Shown: in pieces, positions 50,704-62,804 of the stretch
Layout: each line of letters starts with the position of its first letter
Position numbering within the stretch: the stretch's first letter is position 1
Assembly (NCBI GenBank): GCA_951406725.2
Contig: OX597815.1
Coordinates: 169,446,001 to 169,510,000 of the forward strand
Direction: 5' to 3'
DNA length: 64,000 bases
Source of the DNA: Octopus vulgaris
Taxonomy: Eukaryota
Program-made: the position numbers and the translations under genes
Notes under the pieces: model-generated
What the model saw: the letters and a program-made list of their open reading frames with translations, nothing else
The model's database searches: none
Told to the model about the DNA's origin: nothing

Positions 50704-51209
50704 TATATACATACATTTAAACACAAGAGAAAATTGCCTTCAACAGGCAGTTTTTACGCACTAGAAGAAGCAGTCAAAACGACCAAAATCACATTTAAGA
50801 GCAATCTTCAAAAGGAATGAAAAATAAAAACTTTTATATTGTTATTTTATTCTGGTCAGACCTAGGTTTCTAAATTTTTTTAGCAAATAAAATAATTTGC
50901 TAGGCAAACTTTTCATCAGTGACCGCACCATAACACTAACATATAATTAAGAGATGATTAATATGTGTCTCTTCGTTATACATTATAATTTTTCAAATTC
51001 ACCGTGCAAGCGCAGTTTCATTTGGCAGTAAATGAATAACTACCAAATTAATCTTTTATAAATTGATAAAAACATACACATAAAATATATATTGGGTAGT
51101 GAGTTTTTTTAGAAATTTCACTACCAGTGGCCAAGCATGTATGCTATATATTTTATGTATATATATATATATATAAATATATAAATAATATATACACACA
51201 CATACACAT

Positions 51210-51840
51210 CTTGTTTGACTCAGCTTCACATGACTTATAGTTTCATGAGTGCACAGGACATGTCTGTCTCATCAGATGCTGGGAGACAGAGTGAGAGTTT
51301 TGAGAGAAATTCAAGATGGTTTCTAGGCGTTCATGCCTCTATTGGTCAGCTCAGGTCATGAGGTATTAATATTATCAAAGCGTCACTAACTGTTTTCTAT
51401 ATTTTTAGGTCCACATGTTTGGACAAGATGTCAGCAATGTGCTGGTTCCACTTTAGTTGCGGGCTATGCTATAATATATTTGGTGACATTGGGTACCACA
51501 CATGGTGGTGCAGAATCTTAGTGTGAGTCAGTTGCTCTGTTGTTATTCAGTGGAGTATAAACACATTAGCAGCTGCAGTCTTTATGTGGGAGTAACCAAA
51601 TTTGACAGTGTATTACATTTAAAGTTGCATGGCCAACATGGGTAGGATGTGGTCTATATGGGCAGCAGAGATTAAATGCCCTGCTCTTGGGTGTGGAATA
51701 GCTAGGCATACGGCAGTATATCTGCGTTATCATCTGCCAAAGGCAGGGCATACCTCAAGTGACATTCTTCCTTTTGATGGATGTTGCATGTTATTGTAGT
51801 ATGTATAATTTCTTGCTGAGACAGAGCTGGCAATTGCTAG
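51210..51840 (-). mobile_element. PLE 3' region related to 23849-24300, with hammerhead core at 51228-51279
   Basis: Shared blocks TTGGTCA..T.AGGTCA and AGGTCCACATG...GACAAGATGT; GCAU-CUGAUGA...GAAAC-UAUAA-GUC-AUGU. Confidence 0.7.
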
Positions 51841-52357
51841 TTCCATATATATATATATATGGCTCTGACATTTGAACTACCCTTTCCTCTATCTATAAAT
51901 AAAAAAATTCTTGTTTGTCTCCACTGAACTTAATAAAAAAAACCCCTCCCCACTGGTAAATCTAAATAACAAAGTGAACTCAGTGATAAAAAATCTGCCC
52001 ACGAGGAAAGATCTTCTTCTACCATGTTCTTACTGATGAAATTCACCTTTCTGTCTATATATCTACCCTCTTTGTAATGTTGGCAAATGGAATAAGTATA
52101 AAAATGAACATTGTCAATTTAATTTTAAAAATTCCATATGTGACTGAAGAGTGCTCTACATTTTAAAACTGATGTAATACTTACATTAGTTAATTAAATG
52201 AAGTAGCATGAAACGATTGTACTACACTACCTTTGGATATCCTTGTTGCTTATTTTGATTATAATCATCCCATTTGATTTATATGGATAATACCATACCA
52301 AATTCTGGTGCCTTTAACTTAAGTACCATATTCATCTGAATCTAAATTTTTGCTGAA

Positions 52358-52406
<49 letters not shown>

Positions 52407-52890
52407 TTTAAGTTAGTGTCTTCCACACCTATTTTTTTCTACAAATCTGTTACACTCTGCATGATGATTATTTATTTATGTAAGGAAATATTTCAACATA
52501 AAAGCACATTTTACAATGTGGAAAGGAAAACTGTTTTGGAAAACAACTGTATTAATGTGATACAAGAATTATAATGTTTTTCATGAATGAACTAAATTAC
52601 TGAAGAGGCTGGTCTCACTTGGATAGAACAACAATCTCTTGTAGTAGACATTTCTTTAAGATCTTTCGCTGATAATCTTTTGACAGTTGTGAAGTTGATA
52701 TTTTTCTCAAGGACATTAGTAATATAAAATCCTAATTGGACTTGGGTTGCTGCAAAGTTACTGGCATGCTATAGTATTTACACTAGAGTATATAAGCCTG
52801 TACAAAGATGACATCAGTATGAAGAAATGTGATATTTCAAAAGACAATAATTTCACTAAAAGCTGAGAAGTGAATTAGAAAGATACTCAC

Positions 52891-52955
52891 TTGAGAATTC
52901 CTTTCACAGTTTGTGGTTTGTTTGGATTGAAAGACAAACATATTCGTTGTGCTCC
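52891..52955 (-). CDS. GARNL3: GARNL3 exon (GAQRICLSFNPNKPQTVKGIL-N)
   Basis: TCTCTAG|GGAGCA...ATTCTCAA|GTGAGT, 65 nt, phase 0->2. Matches GTQKICLPYSPTKTLSVKSIL. Confidence 0.92.
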
Positions 52956-53025
52956 CTAGAGATAATAAACAAAAATTACTATAAGCATTAAGAATACAAT
53001 ATTGAAACAAAGTTCTTTATCAGTA

Positions 53026-53441
53026 GGCGCAGGAGTGGCTGTGTGGTAAATAGCTTGCTAACCGACCACATGGTTCCGGGTTCAGTCCCACTGCGTGGCA
53101 TCTTGGGCAAGTGTCTTCTGCTATAGCCCCGGGCCGACCAATGCCTTGTGAGTGGATTTGGTAGACGGAAACTGAAAGAAGCCTGTCGTATATATGTATG
53201 TATATATATATATATGTATGTGTGTGTGTTTGTGTGTCTGTTCCCCTAGCATTGCTTGACAACTGATCCTGGTGTGTTTACGTCCCTGTCACTTAGCGGT
53301 TCGGCAAAAAGAGACTGATAGAATAAGTACTGGGCTTACAAAAAGAATAAGTCCCGGGCTCGAGTTGCTCGACTAAAGGCGGTGCTCCAGCATGGCCGCA
53401 GTCAAATGACTGAAACAAGTAAAAGAGAAAAGAGAGAGAGT
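53026..53441 (+). mobile_element. CORE-type tRNA SINE, full length (same family as 7779-8298)
   Basis: Near-identical head, core and tail. Further copies at 53645-54053, 54067-54541, 63006-63424 (+) and 61676-61986, 24922-25312 (-). Confidence 0.88.
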
Positions 53442-53503
53442 AAGTATGTTTTAGTTTCTATGCCTGTGACCATATTAAAGCAACGATATTGGTGACTGTG
53501 AGT

Positions 53504-54640
53504 CAGTGGTTCTCAACCAGTGTCCACACGGCCCCTGGGGGTCCAAATAATATTTGGTCGTTAAAATTTATGTGCAATAAGTTGGTTATAATTCTACTAT
53601 AACACAAAATATTTGAACAAATTTTATTTTATACATTTTATACAGGCGTAGGAGTGGCTGTGTGGTAAGTAGCTTGCTTATGAACCACAAGGTTCCGGGT
53701 TCAGTTCCACTGCGTGGAACCTTGGGCAAGTGTCTTCTACTATAGTCTCGGGCCAACCAAAGCCTTGTGAGTGGATTTGGGAGATGGCAACTGAAAGAAG
53801 CCTGTCGTACATATGTATATATATATGTATGTGTGTGTATCTGTTTGTGAGTCTACGTTTGTCTCCCCAACATCGCTTGACAACCGATGCTGGTGTGTTT
53901 ATGTTCCTGTAATTTAGCGGTTCGGCCAAAGAGACTGATAGAATAAGTACTAGGCTTACAAAGAATAAGTCTTATGGTCGATTTGCTTGACTATAGGTGG
54001 TGCTCCAGTATGGCTACAGTCACATGACTGAAACAAGTAAAAGAATAAAGAGTATAAAAATATAATAGACACAGGCATGGCTGTGTGGTAAGACGTTAGC
54101 CTCCCAATAACATGGTCCCTGGGTTTGGCCTCAGTGTGTGGCACCTTGGGGAAGTGTCTCCTGCTATAGCCTCAGGCTGACCAAAGCCTTGTGAGTGGAT
54201 TATGTAGATGGAAATGGAAAGAAGCCCATTGTGTGTGTGTATGTATGTGTGTATGAACACACACACACACAAATATATATAGGAAACTGAAAGAAGTCCA
54301 TTGTATGTGTCTGTGTGTGTGTGTCTGTGATTGTCCCCCACCACTGCTTGACAACCAGTGTTGGTGTGTTTACATCCCCATAACTTAGTGGGTCAGCAAA
54401 AAAGTTTGATAGAAAAAGTACCAGGCTAAACAAGAAAATAAGTACTGGGATTGATTAATTTGACTACAATTTCTCAAGTCAGTGCCCCAGCATGGCCACA
54501 GTCTCATGACTAAAACACGTAAAAGATCAAAGATAAAAGATATAATTTTTTTTCAACATCAAATGGTTTTGGGAGTCCATGTAAATGAAACAGAAATCAA
54601 AGGGGTCCATAGGAAAAAAAGAAATGGTTGAGAACCACTG
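53504..54640. mobile_element. hAT (Charlie/MER5-like) MITE containing two nested SINEs
   Basis: TIR CAGTGGTTCTCAACCA / TGGTTGAGAACCACTG. Confidence 0.8.
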
Positions 54641-54652
54641 CTATAGACCAGT

Positions 54653-54957
54653 TGTGGAGGCACATGGCCTAGTGGTTAGAGTAGCGGACTCGCGGTCGAG
54701 GGATCACTGGTTCAAATCTCAGACCAGGCAATGTGTATGTTTATGAGTGAAACACCTAAGCTCCACGCAGCTGCGGCAGAAGGTAATGGCGAAATTCTGC
54801 TGACTCTTTCGCCACAACTTTCTCTCACTCTTTCCTCCTGCATCTTGCAGCTCACCTGTGACGGACCGGCGTCCTGTCCAGGTGGGGAACCTATATGCCA
54901 AGGAAACCAGGAAACTGGCCCTTATGAGCTAGACATGGCTCGAGAAGGAACAAACAA
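54653..54957 (+). mobile_element. tRNA(Arg)-derived SINE with a 12-bp TSD
   Basis: GGAGGCACATGGCCTAGTGGTTAGAGTAGCGGACTCGCGGTCG...GGTTCAAATC; TSD CTATAGACCAGT at 54641-54652 and 54958-54969. Confidence 0.85.
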
Positions 54958-54965
54958 CTATAGAC

Positions 54966-55150
54966 CAGTGCTCCCAACCTCTTTTCATTTGTGGTACATT
55001 TATATTCTTTTCAAAATTCAGTGGTACACCTGAACTAAAAATATAGCTAAAAGTATAGGGAAAGAAGTTATATTCAGGTTACTCTGTGGCACACCCAACA
55101 TCATCTCATGGCACATCAGTGTGCTGTGGCATACCAGTTCTGGAGCACTG
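54966..55150. mobile_element. hAT MITE
   Basis: Ends CAGTGCTCC / GGAGCACTG; TSD CTATAGAC / CTATAGAT. Confidence 0.75.
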
Positions 55151-55457
55151 CTATAGATATAGACACCAGGCGGATTAGAACAAGCAAGAACAGTTGAAGG
55201 AAAGGGTGATATTTTTGTCACATACCAGAAACCTGTGAAGGCCTGCGATGGTTAGGGGCACTACTTGTTCAGGTTACACTGTGGCACACCCAACATCGTG
55301 TCATGGCACATCAGTGTGCTGTGGCATACTAGTTCTGGAACACTGCTATAGACATCAGGAAGATTAGAACAAGCTAGAGCAGTTGAAGGAAAGGGTGATA
55401 TTTTTATCACATACCAGAAACCTGTGAAGGCCTGCGATAGTTAGGGGCACCACTTGT
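55073..55457 (+). repeat. Tandem duplication of ~190 bp
   Basis: TTCAGGTTAC..TGTGGCACACCCAACATC...TTAGGGGCAC.ACTTGT occurs twice. Confidence 0.92.
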
Positions 55458-56689
55458 CCTTTTCTGATTAGCTGATAATAAAAGAATTTGTCTTTCTATT
55501 TGGCAATGCATTGTACTTAGCAATAGCCAACTATTTCTGTTTCATGATTAAATGTAAAGCAATTAGTCATTGGAATCTACATAAAGTGAACCATTCCATG
55601 GACATTTGTATAACGTGATGAATATAAAATGGTTTAAAAATATATAAATATCCATTGGTTCAAAGAAGACTATCAGAGATAGAGATAGAGAGAGAGGGGG
55701 GAGGGAGAGAAAGAAGGAGGGAGAAGATAGGAATAGAAAAAGAAAAAGAGATAGGAAAAGAGACAGGGGAAAAGAGAGATATAGGAACTGAGAGAAGAAC
55801 GGAGAGAGGAAAAGAGGAAGAGAAAGGAAGAGAGAGGGAGAGGAAGAGAGAAAAGAAGTGAGAGAGGGGGAGAGGAGAGAGATAAGAGGAGGGAGAGAGA
55901 GGGCGAGAGGAGAGAGAGATAAGAGGAGGGAGAGAAAGAGAGAAAGAGAAAGAGAGAGAAGGAAAATAGGTTTCAAAGAAGACATTGAAATGATATTTAT
56001 TAAAAGTTTCCATTTAATTATTCTAATTGCGTTCATTCATAAAATAACTCCTGTTTGCTATGATCTTTGCATGTTTTAGCATTTCACATGTCACCACAAC
56101 ATAACATTTCTTTTCACACTTATTTTTACCATGTTTGTATGGCAAAGAGAATTTTGAGAATTTTGACCTTTTCTGTTGGTGTATTTCAGGGTTGTTTACG
56201 ATAGATCTTTTTTTATAGAAAAGGTTTTTTCCTCTAGCTAGGATTAGTGTTATAAATACAATAAGGATTTCTTTCTTTGATGCAATACTCTTCCTTGAAA
56301 GTAAGAGTGATTTGTTTGACAAACTTGACCCTAATATATTGCAAGTACTTATTTTATTAACCCCAGGATGATGAAGTTAAAATTAGTCCAGGCAAAATTT
56401 GAGCTTAGAAGAATTATTTGGATAAAATATCAACATAGGCTCTTTATAATCTAGGAAAAAGCAGAATAATGTAATTTACAAATGGACACAACTCATTAGC
56501 TCGTTATCCAGCGGCTAAAGATTTAATGGTTTAATTGGTATCTTAAGTGCTGTGTTACTTTTAGCAAACTTATATTTTGAATTCATATTAATGCTTGTGG
56601 GAGAAAACCTGTCTAGTACTGAAGGTTTAATAAATCCAACAAAGAACAGTGTATGTGTAATCACCAACCTGTAGCCTTCCCCTGCATAG

Positions 56690-57000
56690 CTATCTGTTAC
56701 ATGTGCTGGTATGGACATGTCCTTCATCTGCCATTAGATCATTCTACAAGGGCTTTACTCTTGTTTGATGTAGTTGCTGCAGGCTGGAAGAGGCCTTGTG
56801 GTTGGCTCCACTTCAAATAGCTAGTCCTGATTGGGGAAGATTTTCAGAGGCTCAATGTCACCTTGAAGGATATAGAGGGACTGGCATGGGACCGCTAGCA
56901 ATGGAGAGTACTGGTGGACCTGGTCAGCTCTATGCATGATATCTCTGGGACCACTAACCTGAGATGACCCCAGTCTCATCAAGCAAGAGCAATCAGCAAA
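56690..57000 (+). mobile_element. Decayed RTE-like LINE C-terminus
   Basis: WKRPCGW...EDFQRLNVTLKDIEGLAWDR*QWRVLV. Confidence 0.55.
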
Positions 57001-57122
57001 CAAGTAGCTATAAAAAACAGACATGCCTCCACCTCAAAAAAAGGGATGAAACAAATAGTGGACATATAAACTCAATAAGTCTCAGTAGAAGCTATCTATC
57101 TAAAATCCCTGATGTAGATGGT

Positions 57123-57280
57123 ATGAGGGTGTGTTGAAAAGATCCTGGTTTTTGGTAAAAGAGGAAAAAAAAGAAGGATCAATCAATTATGATTTTATTC
57201 AACATATTCCCCTCTCAGATTCAAGCACTTATTGCAGCGGTCCTTCAGTTTCTCTAAGCCCTGTAAAAAAATTCAGAAGA
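57123..57280 (-). mobile_element. mariner 3' end fragment
   Basis: TIR-like TA-TGAGGGTGTGTTGAAAAG; minus frame ...LEKLKDRCNKCLNLRGEYVE*. Confidence 0.75.
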
Positions 57281-57735
57281 TTGGGCTTCCAACTCATTTC
57301 TACAGCTGAGTGAACTGGAGCAATGTGAAATAGAGTATCTTGCTCAAGAACACAACACACAGCCCGGTCCAGGATTCGAACTCACAACCTCACGATTGTA
57401 AGCTCAACGCTCTAACCACTGAGCCATGTGCCTTCACAATTTAACCAATAATGATGAGAAAAACAATAATGATAAAAATTTATCCATTCAGTAGACTGAC
57501 TAGAATTTTCTGATAACTTTACTGATCTAAAACTAATGATTCTGTTAAGTACTTTGACATGCTTTCTAAATAGACGTTGTTGTCTACTGAGTTGCTTGAA
57601 TTAGATCTGTTTCAACAGAAATACAAAAACTTAATAGTAACTGGATATTTGAGAATAGTAAACAGCTTAATAACTTGCTCTAGATATATCATATTTCAGT
57701 CTGGTTCAGGGTCCGACACATGACCTTTAGTCAAG

Positions 57736-57847
57736 AACAGTGTTGGTTGGGGAATTTGCCTGGGTAGGTACATCCATCAAATGGTGATGCAGATGTCCTA
57801 AGGCAAGCTCAGTATGGACAGAAATCACACATTGAGCAGAAGGAAAA
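57736..57847 (+). pseudogene. Decayed 28S rRNA fragment
   Basis: TGGGGAATTTGCCTGGGTAGGTACATC..TCAAATGGTGATGCAGATGTCCTAAGGCAAGCTCAG...GGACAGAAA...GAGCAGAAGG versus conserved LSU TGGGGAGTTTGACTGGGGCGGTACA..TGTCAAACGGTAACGCAGGTGTCCTAAGGCGAGCTCAG..GGACAGAAA...GAGCAGAAGG. Confidence 0.8.
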
Positions 57848-59865
57848 CATCTGTTATGTAATGATTAATTCTATAGGATTCAGTGTGGAGTAATTAGCTG
57901 ATGCTTATTATGTAGTTTGTTTAATTAATGAACAATTACTCCAGTGGTGTTTATATCAGTAATTGGATCAACACAGTTTGCATGCCACAGCTTCAACTTT
58001 TCAAGATGTTATAGTTGTTGTTGTTGTTTGACCCAAGGTCAATCAATGGTTAACTAAACAATGCAGACTTATGATCAAAAACATTCAAGCCAAATCATGA
58101 CCAGCCATTGTATTTTGCAAGGGCTGCATCCAGTGTCTCCCTTATTATAATTGTTGGGTGGGTGTGAATTGAAGAGGTATTTGGCTGCTATTTCTAGGAA
58201 TCTGGACGACTGTGTAGAGGCTGTTTCACAGATATTTTAGCGGTAGTTGGCAATCCAGAATAAAGTTATGCCAACTGAAGCAATTACTGTTGCAACTATT
58301 TTCTAAATGGTTAATATACCAGACCAGTTTGATGCTCTTATCTATAAATAAAACAATCTATTACTACAACAAAAATCAATATTTAGATAACTGAAGGCAG
58401 AAAGAGTAGACTATCAAAAATAATTAGTAATTTTGCTCTAAGTCATGAGTTCAAATCTTGCATTGGTTGTCTTTGGCATTGCTCTCTTCTCCTGAGTTGA
58501 TAAAGTAAGCGTTGAGCATATGCTAAGCATGTGCTAAGGTCAACCAAACTTGTTTCCTTCAAATTTGAGGTCTTGTAGCAACGTGAAAAAAAAATCAATA
58601 TTTATATTGCTGCTAACATTTATCAGCAATAACAATCTGCAAGCTGGGAGCCAGTTAATGTGACATATACATATTTAAGTACTAACAGCTGAATTAATCA
58701 AGTACTAATTAGATGTTTTGTGGGAAAGGAAATTAAAACTAATTAGCTGACCAGATACTTAGACGCAGGCACAGCAATGTGATTCGAAGTTTGCATTATA
58801 ACCATAGTGTTCCGGGTTCAAACCCACAGTAAAGTGCAGCACTTTGACGAAGTGTCTTCTACTGTAATCTTGGGTTGATCGACACCTTGTGAGCAAAATT
58901 TGGTTGACAGTGACTGTGAAGGATCCCACCATGATGATGATGATCATCATCATTGTCGTCATTGTCCTCCTCCTCCTCCTCCTCTTCCCCCTCCCCCTTC
59001 CCATCCAACCTCCTCCTCACTCCCCCATAACCTCCTCCCCTCCCCTCCTCCCCTCCTCCTCCTCCTCCTCTTCCTCTCCTCCTCCTCCTTTTATATCCAT
59101 TTTTCATGCTGGCATGGGTTGGATGGATTATCATGATATGACACAGTCCTCATTCAGAATTAAATCCTGCCTAGATGGATCCTAGTTGCATGTTTCATTG
59201 TTGGAGTGGTACCCATGGCCAGATGCCCTTCCTAACACCAACCACTTTACAAAGTGTACATAGCACAATTTATCTTGGCACCAACACTAGAGAGGTTTTC
59301 ATGTCCTTGGCAAGACTAAAGAGTTTTCTTGATCTTTATGTTGTCTCTGCTTGTTTGTCAACCACCTTCCAGAGTGTACTGAGTGTATTCTATTGTGGTG
59401 CCAGTACTACTGCAGTTGTCTTAAATACCACAAGACTAAATAGTCCTCAATTCTTTACATTGTATCCATTTGTACAACATAGCATGACAAAATAGATAAA
59501 CAGAAGAAGGGCCATGGCAGATGAACTTGAGTGAGAGAATGAAAGTAGCAAGTGTGTGAGACAAAAAAGCGAATGAGGGGAAGGGTATGATGTATGTATG
59601 TATGTGTGAGTGGATGGATGATAGTGGGAATCAAGGGTCTTTGTTTGTGTACAGTTGTGTAAATTAGTGCAAATAACTGAAAAGTATATGTGTCACTAAG
59701 GGAAGTAACTCTCTAAAAATAGGTTAACTCAACTGTTTGATCAATAGAGGTCAATACAATAATGAATGTCAGGATAAGTACTGACATATTATATATTTTG
59801 ACCGAAACTGCTGAAAGTGGTGCTACAGCATGGCCACAATAAAAGAGCAAAAGACCAATACTTAC

Positions 59866-59984
59866 TGTTTTTCTCCACAAAATTGTTCTATACTGTGGGA
59901 CATTGAGGTTGTTGGCATCTGTGACAACAACAGATAAAACGAAGGGCTCTTTTTCAGCATCAGCTCCAACATAATTCTGATGTA
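59866..59984 (-). CDS. GARNL3: GARNL3-like Rap/Ran-GAP protein, first exon in window (xHQNYVGADAEKEPFVLSVVVTDANNLNVPQYRTILWRKT)
   Basis: Minus strand TATACAG|TACATCAG...AGAAAAACA|GTAAGT, 119 nt. Peptide matches recalled human GARNL3 VHQNYIGNDAEKSPFFLSVTLSDQNNQRVPQYRAILWRKT. Confidence 0.93.
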
Positions 59985-60080
59985 CTGTATAATGGAATTC
60001 AGATATAAAATATTCAAATCATGAATAAAAACCAAGAAAAATTTAATAACATTCTGAAAGCAGCATATACTCATTATTTT

Positions 60081-60114
<34 letters not shown>

Positions 60115-60790
60115 TATATATATATATATATAAATTGCTCTTTATTTGTTTTTCTCTCTCAAACAAACATATACACACACGCGCATTGCTAAAGAATATA
60201 CAATTACGTATACAAACATATCTCCTCTCTCTCTCTCCCTCTCTTTATCTTTCTCTTTCTCTCCATACACACACACACATGCATGCATATACACACACAC
60301 ACATACATATGCATTCAAATACATTTTCATAATCATAAAAACTCATAGACATGCATATGCTCACACATATATGTGTGTGTATGTGTGTGTGTACGTGTAC
60401 GTGTGTGTGTGTGTATGTATATATATGTGTGTGTATATGTATATGTATACACACACACACACACACGTGCACAAACATATCTGAACAGATAATCATAAAT
60501 GCAAATATATCTTCCATTTCTCTCTGTCTCACTCCTCCTTTCTTTCTTTCTTTCTCCACATACATGCATTGAAATGAAATATATTTTCCTAAATACACAA
60601 ATTCATGCAATAAACATTTATTATATATTAAACATACATTTTTAGTTGCATTCATTCATGGAGACACATCAGGTGATTACTACAACATGTATACATATGC
60701 ACTGATACACATTTGTGGAATTTATTATTTTGTTCTCACATAACGAACGCAAAACTACACAAAAATCAACCATGGAAGCACACATAAAAT

Positions 60791-60862
<72 letters not shown>

Positions 60863-60880
60863 ACACGCACTCAGACAAAT

Positions 60881-61208
60881 AGAAGCAAACTTGCTCTCAC
60901 ATTTACACACATACACACACACACAACACAAACGCACGAACACACATACACATACACACAATACAAACACACACAAATAGAAACAAGTTTGCTCTCACAT
61001 TTACACATACACACACACACTCACACAAACAGAAGCAAGCTTGCTCTGACATTTACGCGCACACACACACAATACAAACACACACACAAACAGAAACAAG
61101 TTTGCTCTCACATTTACACACACACAAACACACGTACACATACACACACATACACATCCACATAGACATCCACATAGATGAAGCAAGCTTGCTCTTACAT
61201 ATTACATA
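60881..61208 (+). repeat. Five ~28-bp repeats AGAA(G/A)CAAG(C/T)TTGCTCTCACATTTACAC separated by CA-rich spacers
   Basis: Copies start at 60881, 60979, 61031, 61092 and ~61180. Confidence 0.85.
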
Positions 61209-62204
61209 TATACGAATGCACACTTACACAAATTCATTGACAAAGATGAATGTTTATACAGAGAAGAAAAAAAAACAAGAACAAAACAAAATAAAAAGAA
61301 ACCAAAATAAATTAGATGAATTTCATAATACTCTTATGCTCTAGATGAAAAATAACCACAGGTTTCATATATCATGAGGATCCATATGGCTGTAGATTAA
61401 GCATGCTACCAATAGTTATATTCATAACAAATGCTATTTTTCACATAATCCTTTCATAAAAGAAATACTTGGTTGGGTTTTCTTGAACAAAAAAAAAAAA
61501 AGCAACAACAAAAAGCACAGACCCCCCACCCCCACAAATAGATATAAAAGTTAGTATTTGGTGTGGGTATGTCTATATGGTTGAGACGTTAAAACCACAT
61601 GATTTTAAGTTCAGTATTCTTGTATGACTCCTTATAGGTCTGGGCTATACTGCTATGTATATATATATATATATACTCTTTTACTTGTTTCAGTCATTTG
61701 ACTGTGGCCATGCTGGAGCACTGCCTTTAGTTGAGCCAATCGACCCCAGAACTTATTCTTTGTAAGCCAAGTACTTATTCTATCGTTCTCTCTTGCCGAA
61801 CCGCTAAGTTACAGGGACGTAAACACACCAGCATCGGTTGTCAAGCGATGTTAGGGGGACAAACACAGACACACAAACATATACATATATATATATACAA
61901 CGGGCTTCTTTCAGTTTCCGTCTACCAAATCCACTCACAAGGCTTTGGTTGGCTTGAGGCTATAGTAGAAGACACTTGCCCAAGGTACCACAAATATATA
62001 ACTAAAATTTACAGAAAAACAAAAGATGAAGACAAGTGTATGACCAACAAGCAGGTGTGTTAATTTAACACTCGAGAAAGTGAGAAAGTCTTTTATGTTT
62101 TGAGCCTATGCTCTTCAGCAGAAAGGAATAAGAGAAAATAAACAGAGGGAGAATAAAAAAAACTTGCGGATTTAGTGGTCAAGCTCCCCTGCTCGCAATA
62201 TACC

Positions 62205-62710
62205 AGATGTAGCTGTGCATCGTTAACCAGCTAAAGGAGATGTCGTCTTGGGGGCTAACAAATCACAGTAAAGTCTGTTTGAACAGAACAGCCATGTTGA
62301 AGTGGCTATGAACATTACTTGCTAGTACAACTACTGCATTCATCTCTTAAAGAGATTCTAGAACTACTGTTTCTTTTGCTTGTTGCTAAACCAGCGAGTG
62401 TGTGTCACTTGAATTTACATATATTGCAAGCAGAAGTGAGCTATTGCCATCTCTAGCAGATGACATCTCCAGTACTGAAGAGAGGCAGGAATAGCTTGAA
62501 ACCAGGCTGGTCTGCTGGTCCTGTCATTAGAAGGTGGTAGGGGTTTGCTCCCCTGCTTCCAATGTATCGGATGCAGCTGTGCATTGTTAACCAGCTAGAG
62601 ATATCCTCTTGGGGTTAAGAAGGTCTGTTTGAATGCAACAGCCATGTTGGAGTGGCTATAAACATTACTTGCTACTACAACTACTGTGTTCATTAATTAG
62701 AGAGAACTAG
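62205..62710 (+). repeat. Dispersed direct duplication (~140 bp; ~62205-62365 and ~62570-62710)
   Basis: GATG.AGCTGTGCAT.GTTAACCAGCTA...GTCTGTTTGAA...CAGCCATGTTG.AGTGGCTAT.AACATTACTTGCTA.TACAACTACTG occurs twice. Confidence 0.85.
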
Positions 62711-62748
62711 TGTTTTATTTTGCTTATATATATATATATTTGTATATA

Positions 62749-62804
<56 letters not shown>

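Noticed and set aside
54656-54730. tRNA-Arg gene
   Set aside because: Acceptor stem does not close; continues into a SINE body flanked by a TSD.
60575-60610. Upstream GARNL3 exon (FVYLGK versus expected WYFKYFLG)
   Set aside because: Only a 3-residue match and no proper donor; the true exon probably lies beyond 64000.
60881-61208. CRISPR array
   Set aside because: Spacers are simple CA repeats of unequal length and the repeats are degenerate.
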